DNA of 64,000 nt from Kiritimatiellia bacterium (lineage in GTDB: Bacteria; Verrucomicrobiota; Kiritimatiellia; RFP12; JBMNHG01), in assembly GCA_050950285.1 (NCBI GenBank), contig JBMNHG010000002.1:886654-950653 (forward strand), given 5' to 3'. Each line of letters starts with the position of its first letter. Position 1 is the first letter of the stretch. The translations under genes and the position numbers were made by a program. A model generated the notes under the pieces. That model had not been told where the DNA came from. It did no database searches and saw only the letters and a list, made by a program, of their open reading frames with translations. Below, piece by piece: positions 17,138 through 28,100 of this stretch.

Positions 17138-17747
17138 TGCGGGACACTCCGTTCGAACGGCCGCCGAAAAGCTGGACGATGGGTCCGACCTCGTTGGTGG
17201 CGCGGAAGATGTTTTCGTGGAGGAGGCTCGTGGCCAGCCCCAGAGGGGCGAACGCGTCGCGGAGCTCGTCCTGGAGCGCCAGGGGATCGGAACCCGCGGC
17301 GAGGGTCACCACCCCGATGGTAAGCGTGCGCGCGGGATCGGAGAGGTCGTGGCGCCAATCCTCGACGTTCGCGCCATGCCGGGCGAAGATCTCGGCGATC
17401 GCGTGGATGCGCCCGGGACGGTCGGGGCCGGAGAACGAGGCCACATACCGGTCGCCATCAACGGTCCGCGCGCCGGACTGCGCCACGGCGGGGCCGCAGG
17501 GGAGGACGGAGATCCCGGCGGCGGGCGAGGCGCCCGCCAGCGCTTCCGAGACCTTGGCGCGGATCTCCCCGGCGTCGCGCGGGGCCTCGAACTCCGCGAT
17601 GGCGTTCAGGACGAACATCCCGCCGATCACGGCCTGCCGCACATCCGTGAGATTCGCCCCCAGCGCGAACAGGGCGCCCGAGACGTCCCTGATGATGCCG
17701 ACACGGTCCGCAAGGACGGTCGTCACCAGATACCGTTTGGAATTCAT
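17130..17747 (-). CDS. Double ACT-domain protein (GcvR-like), the usual partner of DUF711
   Basis: DRVGII and GPDRPGRI ACT motifs; C-terminal HENIF; overlaps the DUF711 start. Confidence 0.8.
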   Translation of the reverse strand: MNSKRYLVTTVLADRVGIIRDVSGALFALGANLTDVRQAVIGGMFVLNAIAEFEAPRDAGEIRAKVSEALAGASPAAGISVLPCGPAVAQSGARTVDGDRYVASFSGPDRPGRIHAIAEIFARHGANVEDWRHDLSDPARTLTIGVVTLAAGSDPLALQDELRDAFAPLGLATSLLHENIFRATNEVGPIVQLFGGRSNGVSRNA

Positions 17748-17928
17748 GGCCGGAGAAGATACCACTCCCCTCCCTCTTCTAGAAGAGGAAAATCCCGGAC
17801 CGCGCGTTGCGACTCCGGGAGATTCGACGTTGCGGCCGTGTCGCATGGCATGCTATGCTGGGTGTTCCTTCGTAGTACGTCCCATGCGAAAGGATCCTAA
17901 GGGCACGGCCAAGCCATGCCCGCCGATC

Positions 17929-18735
17929 ATGATACATCTCGATACGCACGTTCATGTCTATGACGGCTACAACGTCGACCGTCTCTGCGACGCGATGGTA
18001 GCAAGAGCGGGCAAAGAGGCGATTCCGGCGATGTTCCTGGCCGAGCGCACGGGCCAGCACACCTTTTCCGACTGGGTGGCCGCCGCGAAAGAGGGGCGGC
18101 CGATGGCGGGTGCGACACGGTGGCGTCCGCTCACGGCGCCGGACGACTGGACGGTTGTGCTGGGCGACGGGGACAGCGAGCTCGCGGTCTTCGCGGCGCG
18201 GCAGATCGCGGCGAAAGAGCGGATCGAGGCATTGGGCCTGTTCCTGTCCACGCCGATCCCCGACGGACTTCCGCTCGCCGGGACGCTGGAGCGGATCCGG
18301 GAGGCAGGCGGGATTCCCGTGTTGCCCTGGGGAATCGGGAAGTGGCTCTTCAAGCGGCGGAAGATCGTGGAACGCATCCTGGCATCGTACGATCCCGACA
18401 CCCTGTTCCTGGGGGATTCGGCCCTCCGTCCGAGGTTCTGGAAGACACCCCGCCCGATGTCGGCGGCGATCAAGCGCGGCTTCCGCGTGCTCCATGGGTC
18501 GGACCCCCTCCCCCATCCGGACGAAGAACTCCGTGCCGGCTCCTACGCCACCCTTCTCATGGGAAGCCTGGATCCGGCCTCCCCGGCCGACGGCCTCCGG
18601 AATCTTCTCTTCCTCCCGGCCTCCTCCTTCACGCCGGTCGGCCGCCGCTCGACCCTGCGGGAGTTCCTCTGCCGCAACCGCCGCCTCCGTCGCCCTTCCA
18701 CCCCCACGCCTCCCGCATCGGGCCGGAACGCGTGA
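17929..18735 (+). CDS. PHP-like metal-dependent hydrolase / hypothetical protein
   Basis: N-terminal DTHVH, GGIPVLPWG and GSD motifs. Alternative start at 17884. Confidence 0.6.
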   Translation: MIHLDTHVHVYDGYNVDRLCDAMVARAGKEAIPAMFLAERTGQHTFSDWVAAAKEGRPMAGATRWRPLTAPDDWTVVLGDGDSELAVFAARQIAAKERIEALGLFLSTPIPDGLPLAGTLERIREAGGIPVLPWGIGKWLFKRRKIVERILASYDPDTLFLGDSALRPRFWKTPRPMSAAIKRGFRVLHGSDPLPHPDEELRAGSYATLLMGSLDPASPADGLRNLLFLPASSFTPVGRRSTLREFLCRNRRLRRPSTPTPPASGRNA

Positions 18736-18811
18736 AAGGGACGGTCCATTGAACGGCAAGAAGGTGCGTGCCTCCGGCGCCAGCCGCCGCACGGAGTAAG
18801 GGAGAGTTCGC

Positions 18812-20164
18812 ATGAAGTTGGCAGCGGATGTGGACGTGCTGGTGGTCGGAGGAGGGGCGGCGGGGGTTTGCGCGGCGCTGGCCGCGGCGCGTTCCGGCGC
18901 TTCGACCTTTCTCGTGGAGCAAAGCAATGCGCTGGGCGGGGTCGCGGGATCGGGGGGACATGGGCATATCTCCATCTTCTGCGCGAACGGGACGGACACC
19001 CGGGTGGTCGGCGGCATCCCCTACGAGATCATCGAGCGTCTCTATCGCGATGAAAAAGCCGGCCGCATGGAGCCCATCGGCATCTGGTTCGAGGTGGAGA
19101 AGCTGAAGTTCCTCCTGGAAAAGATGATCGTCGGGAACGGCATCCGCCTGCTCTACCACACCTTCTTCTGCGAGACGGTGATGGACGGAGGAACCGTCCT
19201 GGGCGCCGTGATCCAGAACAAGGACGGACGCGGATGGATCCGGGCGAAGCGGGTCGTGGATTGCACGGGCGATGGCGACGTGGCCGCGAGCGCCGGCGCG
19301 GAGTTCGAACTCGGGCGCCCCGAAGACGGCCGCTGCCAGCCGATGACGCTCATGTTCACCGTCGGAGGCGTCGACTGGCCCGCCGTGGTGCGCCACCGCC
19401 CGGACTACGAGATGCGATCCATCTGGGAGCTCGCCCGGAAGAACGGAGACATGGAGCCCTTCCAGTCGAAGGTGATGGGCTTCTGGTGGACGCCCACCCG
19501 CCCCGACCAGGTGTGCGTGAACTTCACCCATGTGACCGGCAGGGACGGGACGCGCGCGGCCGACCTCACCGCCGCCACGATCGAGGCGCGCCGCCAGGCC
19601 TTCCAGGCAGTCGGAGTCTTCCGGAAGTACGTGAAGGGCATGGAGGACTGCCATCTGGTCTCCACCGCCGCCTCCGTGGGCGTCCGCGAGACGCGCCGGA
19701 TCACGGGCGACCTCACGCTGTCCGCGCAGGACGTGGTCTCCGGGCGCATCTGGCCCGATTCCATCGGATACGGCGCCTTCTTCATCGACATCCACAACCT
19801 CGAAGGCCCAGGCATGGACCGCAACACCTGGCACCCTCCGACCGGCTTCCGCTACACGATCCCCTACCGGATCCTCCTCCCGCGGGAGATCGACGGGCTG
19901 CTCGTCGCCGGGCGCTGCGCCTCCGTCGACCACATCGCCCTGGGCTCTCTCCGCGTCATGGCGCAGTGCGGCGTGATGGGCGAGGCCGCCGGAACCGCGG
20001 CGGCGCTTTCCATCCAATCCGGCGTCTCGCCGCGCGACGTCTCCATCCCGGCCCTCCAGGGCGCGCTGCGGGCCCGCAACGCCATCGTGGACGAAGCCGA
20101 CATCGCGCGCGTCAACGCGGAATGGCCCTGGGCCTTCCCCCGCGACGCTCCGCGCCAAGGGTGA
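18812..20164 (+). CDS. FAD-dependent oxidoreductase
   Basis: VVGGGAAG, DCTGDGD, GVRETRRI, IPYR.L.P and LRVM motifs. Confidence 0.9.
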   Translation: MKLAADVDVLVVGGGAAGVCAALAAARSGASTFLVEQSNALGGVAGSGGHGHISIFCANGTDTRVVGGIPYEIIERLYRDEKAGRMEPIGIWFEVEKLKFLLEKMIVGNGIRLLYHTFFCETVMDGGTVLGAVIQNKDGRGWIRAKRVVDCTGDGDVAASAGAEFELGRPEDGRCQPMTLMFTVGGVDWPAVVRHRPDYEMRSIWELARKNGDMEPFQSKVMGFWWTPTRPDQVCVNFTHVTGRDGTRAADLTAATIEARRQAFQAVGVFRKYVKGMEDCHLVSTAASVGVRETRRITGDLTLSAQDVVSGRIWPDSIGYGAFFIDIHNLEGPGMDRNTWHPPTGFRYTIPYRILLPREIDGLLVAGRCASVDHIALGSLRVMAQCGVMGEAAGTAAALSIQSGVSPRDVSIPALQGALRARNAIVDEADIARVNAEWPWAFPRDAPRQG

Positions 20165-20186
20165 ACCCGCCCCGAAGACTTCCACC

Positions 20187-21176
20187 ATGGAGACCCCGTC
20201 ACATTTCGACGAAGATGCCTGTGGACCGGACGACGGCTGCGTCGGCCGCCGGGTGTTCGACGTCGCGTCCGGCGAAGGGGCGGGCCGCCTCGACGCCTGG
20301 CTCGCCGCGCGCATGGACGACTTGTCCCGCGCCCGCATCGGCGCCTTGATCGACGCCGGGAACATCACCCGCAACGGGGCCCCCGCCAAACCTTCCGCGA
20401 AGGTCCGCGACGGAGACCGGATTGTCGTGGTCCTGCCGCCGCCCGAACCCGCCGAACCCCAGCCCGAGGAGATCCCGTTGTCCATCCTCCACGAGGATTC
20501 CGACCTGCTGGTGCTGGACAAGCCCGCGGGCCTCGTGGTGCATCCGGCGCCGGGCCACTCCTCCGGAACGCTCGTGAACGCGCTGCTCTTCCACTGCCGC
20601 GACCTGGCCGGAATCGGCGGGGTGGAACGCCCCGGCATCGTGCACCGTCTCGATCGCGACACCTCGGGGCTGATGGTGGTCGCCAAGCATGACGCCGCCC
20701 TGGCGAACCTCCAACGCCAGTTCCAGGCGGGAAGCGTCACGAAGGGATATCTCGCGCTCGTCCATGGCAGCGCGCCGGCGGAGGGCGAGATCGCGAAGGC
20801 CATCGGGCGGGACCCGCGCGACCGGAAGCGCATGAAGGCGCCGGCCTCCGGGGGGAAGCCCGCGCTGTCGCGCTTCCGGGCCATCGAGCGCTTCGGCGCC
20901 CTCGCGACGCTTCTGGCGGTCCGCATCCAGACGGGGCGGACGCACCAGATCCGCGTACACCTCTCGAGCATCGGCCTCCCGATCGCCGGCGACCCCGTCT
21001 ATGGCGACTCCCGCAAGGACCGTCGCCTTCCCGACTGCCCCCGCCGCCAGATGCTCCATGCGGCGCTGCTGTCGTTCGCCCATCCTTCGAGCGGCGCGCC
21101 GCTTTCCTTCGAAGCGCCTCCTCCCCCCGACATGGCAGGCCTTCTCGGGCGGCTGCGTTTTTACGATGGATTTTGA
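20187..21176 (+). CDS. rluD: RluA-family 23S rRNA pseudouridine synthase (S4 plus catalytic domain)
   Basis: RLD S4 domain, KPAGLVVHP, HRLDRDTSG, TGRTHQIRVH and GDPVYG motifs. Confidence 0.92.
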   Translation: METPSHFDEDACGPDDGCVGRRVFDVASGEGAGRLDAWLAARMDDLSRARIGALIDAGNITRNGAPAKPSAKVRDGDRIVVVLPPPEPAEPQPEEIPLSILHEDSDLLVLDKPAGLVVHPAPGHSSGTLVNALLFHCRDLAGIGGVERPGIVHRLDRDTSGLMVVAKHDAALANLQRQFQAGSVTKGYLALVHGSAPAEGEIAKAIGRDPRDRKRMKAPASGGKPALSRFRAIERFGALATLLAVRIQTGRTHQIRVHLSSIGLPIAGDPVYGDSRKDRRLPDCPRRQMLHAALLSFAHPSSGAPLSFEAPPPPDMAGLLGRLRFYDGF

Positions 21177-21339
21177 AGGGCGCTTCTGCTATGAAGTGCC
21201 TTTTGGCAAACGCATGCCCGCCGATCCGCCGGCGAGTCTTCCGGCGCGCCTGCGGCCTCGCTTTCCCCCGGCGAGGCCGTTTGATTTCCAGCCGGAAGTC
21301 CCGCCCGTCGCCGGGGGCGCACAAGCGAAGGAACCGCCG

Positions 21340-23688
21340 ATGCATCTACGTCCCCCATTCGGACACCACCTCCGGCTCGCGATTCGCGGCGCCTCCCACG
21401 CGCCGTGCATCCGCTTCACCCTGGAGAACTTCCCGGCCGGGTTCGCCGTGGACGGCGTAGCGCTGAAGGCCTTCATGGAACGGCGCGCGCCGGGGCGGGA
21501 CGACCTCTCGACCTCCCGCCGCGAACCGGACGAGATCGAGTTCCGTCGCGGCGTGGCCGACGGCCTCACGACAGGCGGCCTCATCGAAGGCCGCATCCGG
21601 AACACCGACGCGCGGCCCGCCGATTACGGCGTGGAACGGACCATCCCGCGGCCCGGCCACGCGGATTTCCCGCAATGGGTCGAAGCGGGGCGCATCCCGA
21701 CGGGGGGCGGCACGAACTCGGGACGCCTGACCGCAGCGCTCTGCGCCGCGGGCGGCCTCTGCCTCCAGTTCCTCGAATCCCGGGGAATCCGCATCGCCGC
21801 GCGCATCGAAAGCGTGCACGGGAACGCCGCCGATCCGGAGGCGGAAATCCGCGCCGCGAAGGACGACCGCGACTCCGTCGGCGGGCTCGTCGCCTGCTCG
21901 GCGACGGGAATGCCCCCTGGAATCGGCGGCGCGCTGTTCGACGGCATCGAGACCAGCCTGGCCGGCGCCCTGTTCGCCATCCCCGGCGTCAAGGGGGTCG
22001 AATTCGGGAACGGCTTCGCTTGCGCGGCCTTGCGAGGCTCGGAAAACAACGACGCCTTCACGGTGGAGGACGGAGTCGTCTCCACCACGACGAACCGCCA
22101 GGGAGGCCTTCTCGGAGGCCGCACCAGCGGCATGCCCGTCGAATTCCGCATCGTGTTGCGCCCGACGCCGACGCTCCCCAGGCCCCAGCCGTCCGTCGAT
22201 CTCGCGACCATGACGCCCGCGACCTGCACGATGGGCGGACGGCACGACCCGTGCATCGTCCGGCGGGCCGTTCCCGTCGTCGAGGCCGTGACGGCGCTTG
22301 TCCTCGCCGATGCGATCCTGGCGGCCGAGGCCGCGTCGCCCCGCATCTGCCTCACGCTCGTCGGCCCGACCCTGGAAGAGGATCTCGCCCAGTACCGCGC
22401 CCAGCGCTATTTCACCGACATGGTCGAACTGCGCGTCGACCTCCTCGCCGACCGCGACGCCTCCGCCGTCGCCGCCTTCCCCGCGCGCATTCCCGTCCCC
22501 GTTGTCCTGACGTTCCGAAGGAAGGCCGACGGCGGCGCCTACGACGGGGACGAAGCGACGCGCGAGACGTTCTTCCGGACGGTCCTCCGGGAGGCCTCGA
22601 CGCCCTTCGCCTACGTCGATTTCGAATCCGACTTCCGCCCGGACGGGCTCGCCGCCGCCGCCCGGGACGCCGGAACGCGGATCATCCGCTCCCTCCACGA
22701 CTTCACGGGCCCCGTCGAGGACATCGTCGAAACCTGCCGCCAACTGCGCGGCGCGACCGGCGACATCCCGAAGATCGCCTTCCTGCCCCGCTCGATGGCC
22801 GACGTCGCGCGCCTCTTCGAGCAAGCGCGCGATTTCACCGGGATGCCCCACATCCTCTGCGCCATGGGCCCGAGGGGGCTCGCCTCCCGGGTCCTGGCCG
22901 TCCGCACCCACTCGCTCCTCACCTACGCCTCCGTGGGAGGACTCGACGGACTCGGCCACGTGACGCCGCAGGAGCTTGTCCGGACCTATCGCATCCGGAG
23001 CATCACGCCCGAAGCCGAACTGACCGGCGTAACGGGATGGCCGCTGGCCGCGACGCGCAGCCCCGAGATCCACAACGCGGCCCATGCCGCCGCCGACCGC
23101 GACGCCATCATGGTGCCCTTCCCCGCGGAGACGGCCGCCGAAGCCGTCGCCTTCATGCGGGCGATGGGGATGCGGGGGCTGGCGGTCACCATGCCGCACA
23201 AGGAGGCCATCCTCGCCGAACTCGACGAAATCGCGCCCGAAGCCGCCCGGCTGGGCGCGGTCAACACCGTCCTGCAACGCCGCGGGCGCCTCGTCGGCCA
23301 CAACACGGACGACGACGGATTTGCGGAGGCCATCTCGGCCTTCGTCGGGCGGCCCCTCGCGGGGCTGCGCACGGCCATGCTCGGGGCCGGAGGGGCCGCG
23401 AAGGCGGCGGTCGCCGCGCTGGAACGCCTCGGCGCGACCGTCGAAGTCTTCCATCGGCGCACCCCCGGCCCGGGCTTCGATCTCTTCGTCAACGCGACGC
23501 CGGTCGATCCCATCCCCGACTATCGCTTCACGGGCGGGGAACTCGTCTACGACATGCTCTACGTGCCCGAGGTGCCGCCGCTCCTGGCGCGCGCCGCCGC
23601 GGCGGGCTGCCGGACGGAGAACGGCTTTTCGATGCTGCTGGCGCAGGCGCGCCGCCAGCGGATGATCTGGGAGGAGGAAGACGCATGA
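21340..23688 (+). CDS. aroC: Trifunctional chorismate synthase / type I 3-dehydroquinate dehydratase / shikimate dehydrogenase
   Basis: AroC: PRPGHAD, RDSVGG, IPGVKGVEFG, GRHDPC. AroD: ELRVD, YVDFE, SLHDF, DIPKIA. AroE: SPEIHN, VTMPHK, GAVNT, NTD, GAGGAA, NATP. Confidence 0.88.
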   Translation: MHLRPPFGHHLRLAIRGASHAPCIRFTLENFPAGFAVDGVALKAFMERRAPGRDDLSTSRREPDEIEFRRGVADGLTTGGLIEGRIRNTDARPADYGVERTIPRPGHADFPQWVEAGRIPTGGGTNSGRLTAALCAAGGLCLQFLESRGIRIAARIESVHGNAADPEAEIRAAKDDRDSVGGLVACSATGMPPGIGGALFDGIETSLAGALFAIPGVKGVEFGNGFACAALRGSENNDAFTVEDGVVSTTTNRQGGLLGGRTSGMPVEFRIVLRPTPTLPRPQPSVDLATMTPATCTMGGRHDPCIVRRAVPVVEAVTALVLADAILAAEAASPRICLTLVGPTLEEDLAQYRAQRYFTDMVELRVDLLADRDASAVAAFPARIPVPVVLTFRRKADGGAYDGDEATRETFFRTVLREASTPFAYVDFESDFRPDGLAAAARDAGTRIIRSLHDFTGPVEDIVETCRQLRGATGDIPKIAFLPRSMADVARLFEQARDFTGMPHILCAMGPRGLASRVLAVRTHSLLTYASVGGLDGLGHVTPQELVRTYRIRSITPEAELTGVTGWPLAATRSPEIHNAAHAAADRDAIMVPFPAETAAEAVAFMRAMGMRGLAVTMPHKEAILAELDEIAPEAARLGAVNTVLQRRGRLVGHNTDDDGFAEAISAFVGRPLAGLRTAMLGAGGAAKAAVAALERLGATVEVFHRRTPGPGFDLFVNATPVDPIPDYRFTGGELVYDMLYVPEVPPLLARAAAAGCRTENGFSMLLAQARRQRMIWEEEDA

Positions 23689-25079
23689 GCCTGGTTTTCC
23701 TGACGGGTGCGCCCGCGTCGGGCAAGACGACGCTGGGGCGGAAACTCGCCGGATGCCTCCATCGGCAGGGATGCGACCTCGACCAGGCCATCGCCGAGGA
23801 GGCCGGATGCTCCATCCCCGACATCTTCGCCGCAGAGGGCGAGGCCGGATTCCGCCGCCGCGAAAGCGAACGGCTGGCGGAATCCGTGCGCGCGCTGCCG
23901 GACGGCTCCATCGTCGCCCTGGGCGGAGGGACGCTCCTGTGCGCGGGAAACCGGGCTCTCTGCGAAAGCTCCGGCGCCATCCTCTGCCTCGAGACGCCCG
24001 GCGCGGACGAACTCGCGCGACGCCTGGGCGCGGCGGCGGGAAGCCGCCCCCTGGGAGACCGGGCGGCCGAACGGGCGGAGCACTACGCATCGTTCCCCCG
24101 GCGGATCTCCGCCTCGTTCGAGGCCGGGAACTCGCTGGTCGTCATCGGCCGGGGAATCGCCCCGGCCATCGTGTCGGGCGAGATGCCCGTGCTCGACGGA
24201 CGCGTCGCGGAGCTGCATGGCGCGGACTTCCCGCCGCCCGTGGCGCTCGTCCCGCCGGGCGAAGAGCACAAGACGCCGGAGACGGTGCGGCGGCTCTGGA
24301 GCGCCTTCGCGCGCCGCAGGATCGGACGGCGCGACCGCGTGACGGCCGTGGGCGGCGGCGTGACGGGCGACCTCACGGGCTTCGCGGCGGCCACCTGGAT
24401 GCGGGGTATCGACTGGATCAACGTGCCCACGACCCTCCTCGCGATGGTGGACGCCTCGACAGGCGGAAAGACCGGCTGCGACCTGCCCGAAGGCAAGAAC
24501 CTGGCCGGCGCCTTCCATCCGCCGAGACTGGTCGTCATCGACGTCGATTTCCTGCAGACCCTCCCGCCGGGCGTTCTGGCGGCAGGCCGCGCCGAGATGA
24601 TCAAGCACGAGATCATCGGAGGCCTTCCGCACGACGCCGCGCCCGTCGGAATCCCGACCGCGCAGGAAATCGCCGCGAACCTCCGGGTCAAAGTGGGAAT
24701 CGTCCGGGAAGATCCCTTCGAGCGGACGGGGCGGCGCATCCTGCTCAACTGCGGCCATACGGTCGCGCATGCCGTCGAACGGGAGACGGACTTCGCCGTC
24801 CCGCACGGCGAGGCCGTGGCCATCGGATGCGTCGAAGAGGCCCGGATCGCCGTCCGCAGGGGCCTGGCGCCGGAGGCGTGGCCCGACGAGCTCGCGGCGC
24901 GCTTCCGCGCCGCCGGATTGCCGACGACGCTGCCGGAGGGGCTGTCGCTTCCTTCGCTGCGCGAGGCGATGCTCGGCGACAAGAAAGGGGCGGACGGCTC
25001 CGTGACATTCGCCCTCCCGTGCGGCTGGGGCGACGTCCGGGCCGTCGCCATCCCGCTCTCGGCGGGGGCTTCTCTGTAA
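23685..25079 (+). CDS. aroB: Bifunctional shikimate kinase / 3-dehydroquinate synthase
   Basis: AroK: GAPASGKTT, GEAGFRRRE, LGGG. AroB: GGGVTGDLTGF, PTTLLAMVDAS.GGK, LNCGHT, HGEAV. ATGA overlap with the previous gene. Confidence 0.9.
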   Translation: MSLVFLTGAPASGKTTLGRKLAGCLHRQGCDLDQAIAEEAGCSIPDIFAAEGEAGFRRRESERLAESVRALPDGSIVALGGGTLLCAGNRALCESSGAILCLETPGADELARRLGAAAGSRPLGDRAAERAEHYASFPRRISASFEAGNSLVVIGRGIAPAIVSGEMPVLDGRVAELHGADFPPPVALVPPGEEHKTPETVRRLWSAFARRRIGRRDRVTAVGGGVTGDLTGFAAATWMRGIDWINVPTTLLAMVDASTGGKTGCDLPEGKNLAGAFHPPRLVVIDVDFLQTLPPGVLAAGRAEMIKHEIIGGLPHDAAPVGIPTAQEIAANLRVKVGIVREDPFERTGRRILLNCGHTVAHAVERETDFAVPHGEAVAIGCVEEARIAVRRGLAPEAWPDELAARFRAAGLPTTLPEGLSLPSLREAMLGDKKGADGSVTFALPCGWGDVRAVAIPLSAGASL

Positions 25080-25147
25080 TCCTCCGCCCCGGCTTCCCGT
25101 CGAATCGAAAACGGGAGGCCGGGGCGGCGTGCCGCCGGCCGAGGGGC

Positions 25148-28100
25148 CTATCGGATCAGCAGGATGGTTCCGGACGGGACGGGGTCGCTCTCGTAGCAGC
25201 CGAGGTCCACGATCGCGTCGCCTCCGGCGCTCTGGTTGGCCACGGTGCCGTACGCGATGCGCGGCGCGCCGTCGAGGTCGAAGAGGGTGTCGACCGCCGC
25301 GTTGTTGCCGGCGTCGCGCGCGGGGCTGGTGCCGCCGGGGTGGGCGTTGAACGAGGGGTCGTCCCAGGCCACGTCCACCCTCTTCAGCTGCGGATCCACA
25401 CGCATCAGGTTCGAGGCGTAGTCGTCGACGTCGAGCCATATATGTTCGCTTCCGGTCCAGTAGCGGAACGGTAGTCCTTCGTCCATGTCCCACAGGATGG
25501 AGTTGTTGATCCGGATGGGGCAATAATCCATCCAATCGTCGCTGGGCATCATGCTGAGGGTGCCGTCGCGCAGGATGCAGTTGTAGAAGGTCGTGTTGCA
25601 GTTCATGGTGTTGTACCCGCCGAGGTTCCCCACGAAGGTGCAGTTCCGCACGTCCATGTTCTGGCCGTAGCCGCGGAAGATGCCGTTGGTGTTCGAGTTC
25701 CCTGCGAAGAGCGAATCGCGTACGTACGCCGTGTAGTAGGTGGCGCCGATGAGCTGGCCGCCGGTGTTGCCGAGGAAGCGGCAGCGCTCGATCCGCAGGG
25801 AGCCCATGCGCAGGTAGATGGCGGGGGAACGGAACAGCTCGGAGATGCGATCTCCGTTCGCGACGCCATTCCCGGCGAACTCGCAGTCGTACAGGGCCGC
25901 GCGTCCGGAGTTCATGGCGTTGTCTGCGGCCAAGGCGCCGTATGCGCTGTTGTTGCGGACGAACGAGCAGCGGGTTCCCGTGAAGACGCTGTTGTTGTTC
26001 AGAGCGTTGGCCGACTCCAGGACGGCCGCGAGGCGCGTCATGTCGTGGAAGCTGCAATCTTCGGCGGAGACCTGCGCGTTGTCGCGGAGGACGATACCGC
26101 CGCCCGCGTTGTGGTTGGCGGTGGTCTGCGTGAAGTCGCAGTGGCGCAGTGCGAGCGAACCGCCGTCGATCCAGACGGAGGCGTTGGAGGTGTCGCGGAA
26201 GGCGAGGTTCGCGATGGCGGCGTTGGTGACGGCGTTGCGGACGCCGTCGTATTTCACAAGGGTGGTCACGGCGTCGCTGCCGGTCACGGTGCGGCCCGCG
26301 AAGCCGGCATCGACAGCGCCAGCGGCGGTATAGCCGACAAGCGCGATGTTGCCGGGCGTCCAGGGGAAGGTCTCCTGCGCGGGCGTGTAGTCGCCGGGGA
26401 AGAGACGGACTTCGCCGCTGTCCCGCATCACGGAGAGGGCGCGCGTGACGGTGCGGAAGGGCGCGTCCATGGTCCCGATGTAGCGGGAGTCGTCGCCGTT
26501 CGCGGGATCGACCGCCATCCAGTCGGGGTAGCCCACCAGCGTGATGTCCACGGTATCCCCGCCGGTTTCGGCGAAGACGTAGCCGTCGCCCACGGAGAGC
26601 GTCGCGACGTTCACGCCGGATCCGGCGGTGATGACGAGCGAGCCGCCGGATACGGCCTCGCCCTCGGCGATGGTGTCGGGGCCTTGCCAGGCCATCTGGT
26701 TCGAGCCGGTCCCGGAGGTGGAATCGAGCCCGACCGCGATGTCGGCCGGGGCGACCACGCCTTCGCAATCGATCGAGACGGGGATGGAGAACACGTCGCC
26801 CGTGCGGAGGTAGACCGTCTGGGCGTGGCCGGCGTTGACGACCGGGTCGGAGAGGATGAAATCAAGGCTGTAGGGGGTGACGCCTGCGGGGTCCGCGGAG
26901 TCGGCAAGGACGGCGCGCGCCCAGTCGTTCGTGCTGTCGGGGAGGATCGTGACGGTGAGATCCACGGGGCCGGCGCCGTCCTGGAAGGCGAGGGTCGCGG
27001 GGCCGGTCACGCAGTCGGGATAGGCGATAGAGGCGGTGACGGGGCCCGGCGCGGCGGGCGAGATGGAGACGGGGACGGTCATCGCCGTTCCGCGGATGGC
27101 GTAGATCGCGCCGGGCGCGGGCACCTGGAAGGTCGGCACGACGGTGGCGCCGAAGAGCGACTCGTAGCAACCAAGATCGAGCGTGGCGACGCCGTCGCCG
27201 TCGTTGTCGGCGAGGCGCGCGTTGCTGTCGAGGTCGAGGGGACGGGCCTCGACGTCGAGGGAGGCGTTCACGCCGGCATCGAGGGCGGGCGAGTAGGGCC
27301 TCGGGCGCGGATTGAAGGCAGGGTCGTCGTACGCGACCGCGACGTTCTCGAGGATGGGATCCTCTTGCATCACGTTGGAGCTGGCGGCCACGCCCCAGCC
27401 GTCGCCGTCCGGGGTGTTCCAGAGGATGCAGTCGTGGAGGATGATCTTGTTGGGGAAGCTGGCGATGTTGCGGGTGAAGCTCATCGCGCCGTCGCTGTGG
27501 AAGATGCAGTTGTAGAAGGTCGTGACGAGATCGTTCGCCGGGCCTGCCGCATAGCCGCCCGAGTTGCGGGTGAAGGTGCAGTTGGCGAAGTCCGGATAGG
27601 CGGCGTGGCCTTGGAACATGGCCTGGTGGGCGTAGTTGTCCGCGAAGAGGCAGCTGGTGAACTTCGGAACGTTCGGCGCGCAGTAGTCGAAGCCGATCAG
27701 GTTGCCACCTTGGTTGCCGAGGAAGCGGGTGCGGTCGGCGACCATCGTGGAGGTGTATCGGGGATCGCCGGACTGGGCGTTCCCGGCGAGGTAGGCGACG
27801 GAGGCTTCGGCGCAGTCGTGGACGTAGCCGTTCGAGTACCAGGTGTCCAGGAAGAGGCAGCGGTTCCCGATGAAATCGGTGCGGTTGAAGTAGAGCTGCT
27901 GGCTGCAGATGTTGCCGGCGCCGTAGGAGGAGAAGACGCCGCGCAGGACGCGGTTGCTCACCACCACGCAGTCGTTCAGCGTGAAGATGGAGCGTCCCAC
28001 CGTCGGCTGGAAGAGGGCGTAGCGGTTGATGTTCGTGAAGACGCAGCGGTCGAAGGTGCCGATGGCGGGCGAGAACGCGTCGAACACGCCGAGGGCGGAG

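Noticed and set aside
21405..23684. N-terminal ~760 aa of the 1224-aa ORF, suggesting one giant AROM-like protein
   Set aside because: Out-of-frame overlap with aroC-aroD-aroE. The real aroK-aroB start is at 23685, with a GGAGG RBS and ATGA coupling.
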